Source: Veleropilina oligotropha (taxonomy: Eukaryota). Taken from it: a DNA stretch of 64,000 bases. The position numbers were made by a program, and so were the translations under genes. The stretch is from contig JBEUKZ010000112.1 of assembly GCA_048128005.1 (NCBI GenBank), forward strand, positions 186,001 through 250,000, read 5' to 3'. Positions 59,370 through 64,000 of the stretch are shown one piece after another. The notes under the pieces are model-generated. The model was not told the DNA's origin and searched no databases. It saw nothing but the letters and a program-made list of their open reading frames with translations. How positions within the stretch are numbered: the stretch's first letter is position 1; every line of letters starts with the position of its first letter.

Positions 59370-61615
59370 ATGGTGCATTGCAGTGTTTCCGGGTGCCGAC
59401 AGAAAATCCGTGGTTTTGACAGGCACTCCGAATGCATTATTCACCGTGCTTGTTTTCGTGATAAAACGCATCCGTGTGAGCATTGTTTAGCATTGACGAA
59501 TCGGCAGTGGGAGATTCTTTTCCCAACGGGGAAGACGACCAGGGCATCTTTTCCCGATGGGACAGCCACCGAGAAGCTTAAAAGTTTAGAGACAGGCTTT
59601 GATTCTATTCTTTCTGTTTCAGATACTCTCGGTAATAGCCGTGTTGGGACAGCGGCTATCGCGGGATCCGCCGTCGGAACCTCTGCGACTTTGGGAAAAG
59701 TCCCAGTAACTTCGTCGGGATCCATGGTTCAGGTACAGGCCCGAGTGCCGTCCGACTCCTCGCCTTTGGGCCTAGTAACCGCTGCTCATAGTATCTTGCC
59801 GGCCAGTAAGATACGTCGAGCGCTGCGGCGAAAAGCTGAGCAGGGCAGACAAAACCTTTCCTCTCCTCCGGCCTCGGAGGAGCAAGGCAGCGTTAGTCCT
59901 TCTGTGAGTCTAGTAGCTTCTGAACAAGAAGCGCAGAGACTAGCAGAGAAAGTCGATACAGTTGCTGGGCACCACGAAAGTGGTCGAAGTTCCAGACGCT
60001 CGACGAAACCCGTCCTCTCGTCCGACAACGGCGCTAGTTTAAAGACTAATCCCGCCACCGTCGGAGCCCACGAGAGTGATGGAAGGCCAACCTCCTGCGA
60101 CGATTCTTTTCAAGACGTCCCGTGTGGTGTGGTAGGACCGGCTGCGTTCGGGGCTGAGGCGTACGGCGGGTTTTCCCCCGTGCCTCACCCGAGCAGGGTT
60201 ACAGACCCGTATAGACTGTGGTCGCAGTCTTACGGGTCGTTCGCACCGTTTAACGCGCCTCCGGGCCGTTTCCCTGGCTGCGGTTTCCCGACAGGTAACC
60301 CGAGTCCCTGGTACTCGGCTCCACCTGTCCGTGCAGCCCGTCAACCATGCGCTACGGTAACCTCGAGCGGACCAATGGCTGTTGGTCCGACGTCCGTCAT
60401 GCCTCCGGGTTTCTCTCTTGAGAACGTCCAGGCTATGATTGCGACGGAAGTCGAGGCACGTTGTAGGTCCTGGCAACCGGCTACCCAGCCGCCCCAGGTC
60501 CCAACGTCTCTGACCGTAACGCCGGGCTCGGCTCATGTTTCGGTGATGGAAGTAGATTCTCGTTCCGACGAGGACACCACTCCTACTCCTCACTCTGACC
60601 TCCCTGAATCGGTCGGACCAGACGGCTCTCGTAGTCGTTCTGGCACACATGAAGCCGTCTCCGCCGCCCGCCGAAGGTACGACGCTGTCGCGTCGCTTCG
60701 CGGGGTGCTTGACCTGCTCGACCCGGCCCTGCCGGTAAGCGGAGTCACGCACAGGACAACGGCACGTCGGTTTGATGGGCCGGAAGCCCCCTGCTTCCTA
60801 CCCTTCCCCAGTCTGGGTTGGTCTCGCTCGTCCTCGACTCGACGACCAAATCCATTCAGGGGTCCAAATCGGTGGAGACTTCCACTTTAACGGAGTACCC
60901 TAGTGGTCTCCGTAAGGGAAGGTACCTCCGGCCCAGTAGGCGTCCGATTCCGATCGGGTGCTCTGGGACGTGTCTGGCGACTGAGCCGGTTCAGATCGAT
61001 GCAGCGATGCGTCGCCTGTCGGCCAGTACAGCTCCCTCGGTAGTCAAAGTCCCATGGGCCGCCATGGAGGGCTTTGAGAGCTCCGCCCGTCGAGCTCTAC
61101 GGCATTCCTCCATCCAGGATTCCTTCTTGGACGGAGCTATTACCGTGCTACAAGAGGATGGACCCCGCGCTCGAGAGATCGCACTGTCCTTCCTCGAAGA
61201 GGTTGCCGCCGCCATGGAGAACTACGCGTCGGAATCAGCCCGATCCTTAGGTAACGCTGTCCTACTCCGTAGAGACGCTTGCCTAGACGGCACCACGTTA
61301 GACGACGCCACCCGGCAGTCTCTACGTTGCGTGCCGCTGTCGGCCCCTACTCTCTTCGGAGACAAATTCGCCGAATTTTGTCGAGAAGAGAGCGACCGAC
61401 CTCAAGGATCGCGCTGTTGAGAAGGCAGTCTTGGATACTCCTCGTAGTACGTCAGCTGCTGCCTCAAGGAAGCGCTCGGGACCGTCCCGGTCCCATAAGC
61501 CTTCCAAGCGTGCCAAACCTTCGCATAGTGGGCCTTCTCAGGCCAATAAATCTACTGCGAAAACGGCACCTCCGACCAAATCCCGTCAGAGCGGGAGAGG
61601 GAAGCCGCGGTCTAG
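59370..61615 (+). pseudogene. E4 gag with ~3 frameshifts
   Basis: MVHCSVSGCRQKIRGFDRHSECIIHRAC...CEHC start; continues in ORFs 60818..61420 and 61431.. up to the conserved TAG at 61613-61615. Confidence 0.82.
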
Positions 61616-63677
61616 GGTTGCCGACGCTCGCGACGAGCCCAGTTGCACGCTTCCGCCGGTGGGAGCGTGTCTGTTAGAGTACAGCCTGTCCTGGCTAGAA
61701 ATGACAGAGGACAACTGGGTTCACTCAGTCGTGAGTGCCGGATACAAGTTGGCATTCGACCGGCATCCAACCCTAGACGCGACACCACCACCAGGATGCG
61801 CTCGTCTCATAAGAGAAAAACAAGCCGTCCTCGACCAGGCAGTGCGGGATTTACTCTCAAAGAGAGCGATCTATCCCGCGCCGCCCAGCACACCAGGATA
61901 TTACAGCCACTTTTTCCTGGTCCCGAAACCCGATGGCCGTTGGCGACCGATCCTCGATCTGTCGTTCCTCAACCAGTATCTTCGTACCGAGAAGTTCAAG
62001 CAAGAAACACTCTCGAAGATACGTACGGCCATCCGTCCGGGCGACTGGGCAGCGTCTATCGACTTGACCGATGCGTACCTACACGTTCCGATGCACGTCT
62101 CGGCTCACCGGTACCTACGGTTTGTCCACGGGGGAACGGTCTACCAATTCAGGTGTCTACCGTTCGGTCTATCGTCAGCCCCGTACGTCTTCACGCGGGT
62201 AGTACAGGCTCTCGGGGCCTTCCTACACTCGCAAGGGCACAGAGTACACATGTACCTCGACGACTGGTTGATTCTCGGGGCGTCCCGGGATCAGTGCCTC
62301 CAGTCTATGAGCGTTACCCTGTCATCGGCGAAGCGCCTAGGATTACAGATCAACAACGACAAATCCTGCTTCGTGCCCTCGACGACGTTTACATTTCTAG
62401 GGGTCGAATTCGACACGGTCCGGTACACCGCGAAACCGACTCAGAAACGTATAACGAACCTACGCGCGGTTATACTGGAAACAAAGTCTTCACGGATAAC
62501 TACAGCGCGACGACTGGCCACTGTCCTAGGGCACATCGAGTCGGTAGCTCCCCTGTTACCGACGGGTCGCATGGACAAACGACCGTTGCAGCAGGCCTTC
62601 AAGGACCGCTGGATACAACGTACGGGACAGTGGACGGATCGCATCGATCTTCGGCATTGGTTCAATCGCACGACAGCAGTGTGGTTGAACACTACCCTGC
62701 CGAGCCAGTCGGTTCCAATATCCCCCCCAGAACCGAACGCCTACCTCTTCACGGACGCGTCAAACGAGGGCTGGGGAGGGCACCTCGACAGTCACGAGAC
62801 ATCGGGCCTATGGCCTACGGACCTTCAGGGACGACACATCAACTTTCTAGAGTTAGAAGCCGTCTACCTGTCAGTACAGTCCCTCTCGTCACATCTCCGC
62901 AACAAGCACATCATGCTAGCAACGGACAACACGACTGTCGTCGCTTACATTCAGCACCAGGGCGGCACCCGCTCCCGTCCGCTTTGCGACCGAGCGATCG
63001 ACCTACACCGCCTAGTGATGTCCCTCAACTCGACAATTCGAGCCCGACACATCCCGGGGAAGCTGAACGTCAGAGCGGATACGCTCTCTCGGAAAACACA
63101 GATAATACACACAGAGTGGACGCTACACGCCCGTGTAGCCCGAGATGTCTGTCGCCTGTGGTCGCAGCCTCAAGTCGACCTATTCGCAACCGAATACAAT
63201 CACCGACTCCCTCTCTATGTGTCTCCTTACCCGGACCCGGCCGCTATAGCGGTCGACGCTCTATCAATGAGATGGGAGAATCTGATCGCCTACGCCTTCC
63301 CACCGTCGTGCATGTTGGCACAAGTACTACGGAAAGCGACCCGCGAAGACTGCGAGTTAACGCTAATAGCACCCCTACAACGCACGCAGTCCTGGTTTCC
63401 GACACTTCTGGATCTACTCATCGATCAGCCACGAGCGCTACCGCAGATGACAGACCTGTTATCGCAACCGCGCAGTCGGGTCCTACACCCGTCGGCGAGC
63501 GAGTTTCACTTTCACGCCTGGCGACTATCGAGAGATCGCTCATTAAGAAAGGCTTTTCTAGAGCGACAGCCCTGCGCATCTACCGATCTAGAAGGCAATC
63601 TACAACAAGCTACCTATGGAAGAAATTTGTGGATTGGTGTCGCGGGCGGCAAGCCAATTTATTCCGCCCCCCTGTGA
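61612..63677 (+). CDS. E4 RT-RNaseH-MT ORF, uninterrupted
   Basis: All RT (YLDD), RNase H (TDAS, LELEAV, TDN) and MT (VDLFA, AFPP) motifs lie in one frame. ORF-track residues upstream of 61612 are gag sequence. Confidence 0.93.
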
Positions 63678-63889
63678 CACAATTTATCGAGTTTTTGTCG
63701 TCGTTGCTCGAACGTGGAATGTCCATTTCCGCTGTCAAAGGCTACCGCTCATGCGTAGCAACGACGTTACGACAATGCCGCGTGCACACCCGCTTGTCTA
63801 CCGAAGACAATATCGGATTTTATACGCTCCTGCCAAACTCGAACGACCCATTCTGCAGGTGCGGCCGCCTGCGTGACGTGTCTTGTTGA
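61616..63889 (+). CDS. E4 overlapping YR-frame ORF (frameshifted near 63810)
   Basis: Open from the codon after the gag TAG; reaches IERSLIKKGFSRATALRIY...SAVKGYRS, the YR N-terminal domain. Confidence 0.75.
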   Translation, partial: GCRRSRRAQLHASAGGSVSVRVQPVLARNDRGQLGSLSRECRIQVGIRPASNPRRDTTTRMRSSHKRKTSRPRPGSAGFTLKESDLSRAAQHTRILQPLFPGPETRWPLATDPRSVVPQPVSSYREVQARNTLEDTYGHPSGRLGSVYRLDRCVPTRSDARLGSPVPTVCPRGNGLPIQVSTVRSIVSPVRLHAGSTGSRGLPTLARAQSTHVPRRLVDSRGVPGSVPPVYERYPVIGEAPRITDQQRQILLRALDDVYISRGRIRHGPVHRETDSETYNEPTRGYTGNKVFTDNYSATTGHCPRAHRVGSSPVTDGSHGQTTVAAGLQGPLDTTYGTVDGSHRSSALVQSHDSSVVEHYPAEPVGSNIPPRTERLPLHGRVKRGLGRAPRQSRDIGPMAYGPSGTTHQLSRVRSRLPVSTVPLVTSPQQAHHASNGQHDCRRLHSAPGRHPLPSALRPSDRPTPPSDVPQLDNSSPTHPGEAERQSGYALSENTDNTHRVDATRPCSPRCLSPVVAASSRPIRNRIQSPTPSLCVSLPGPGRYSGRRSINEMGESDRLRLPTVVHVGTSTTESDPRRLRVNANSTPTTHAVLVSDTSGSTHRSATSATADDRPVIATAQSGPTPVGERVSLSRLATIERSLIKKGFSRATALRIYRSRRQSTTSYLWKKFVDWCRGRQANLFRPPVTQFIEFLSSLLERGMSISAVKGYRSCVATTLRQCRVHTRLSTEDNIGFYTLLPNSNDPFCRCGRLRDVSC

Positions 63890-64000
63890 TTCTCAAAGCT
63901 TACCTAGATGTCCGTTCGACCCTATGAGTGAATGCTTCCTCAAAAATCTCACTTATCAGACCGTTCTACTTACCGCTCTCGACTGGTAACCGGGCATCGG

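Larger units (their letters stand above)
58369..64000 (+). mobile_element. DIRS1-like element E4 (third subfamily; 3' end outside the window)
   Basis: 5' terminus ATACTTACGTCCTTAC...GCCATAAT...TATTATCGCTAA, followed by gag, RT/RH/MT and the start of YR. The exact 5' base is uncertain. Confidence 0.93.

Noticed and set aside
61431..63677. Natural in-frame Gag-Pol fusion in E4
   Set aside because: It arises from a 1-nt deletion (CGG TC TAG vs CGG CCC TAG in three other copies), and E4 gag has other frameshifts, so mutation or sequence error is likely.

Overview
This is AT-rich, intron-containing animal DNA; the repeat content suggests a mollusc or other lophotrochozoan (inference). Two host genes lie head-to-head with 342 bp between their start codons. 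One is a complete 18-exon IK/RED spliceosomal gene (minus strand, CDS 33191->7893, 574 aa reconstructed by hand). The other is the 5' part of HMMR/RHAMM (plus strand from 33534). About 26 kb of the window is four DIRS1-like tyrosine-recombinase retrotransposons: E1 (<1-~5799, minus), E2 (39447-54193), E3 (42920-50373, nested inside the RT gene of E2 at a CAT core) and E4 (~58369->64000). The introns also hold a decayed CR1/L2 LINE, Helentron/HINE-like minisatellite carriers, MITEs, tRNA-derived SINEs and two Penelope remnants with hammerhead-type motifs. Three observations stand out. (1) At the gag stop (CCC-TAG-GG) the recombinase frame continues in frame for more than 800 codons, while an RT ORF with no conserved early AUG lies in the +1 frame, suggesting one site with three decoding outcomes. 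(2) A covarying multi-helix RNA structure and a branchpoint/acceptor are conserved in the DIRS 5' leader. (3) The nested pair has ICRs that match each element's own termini. All alignments and folds were done by eye.
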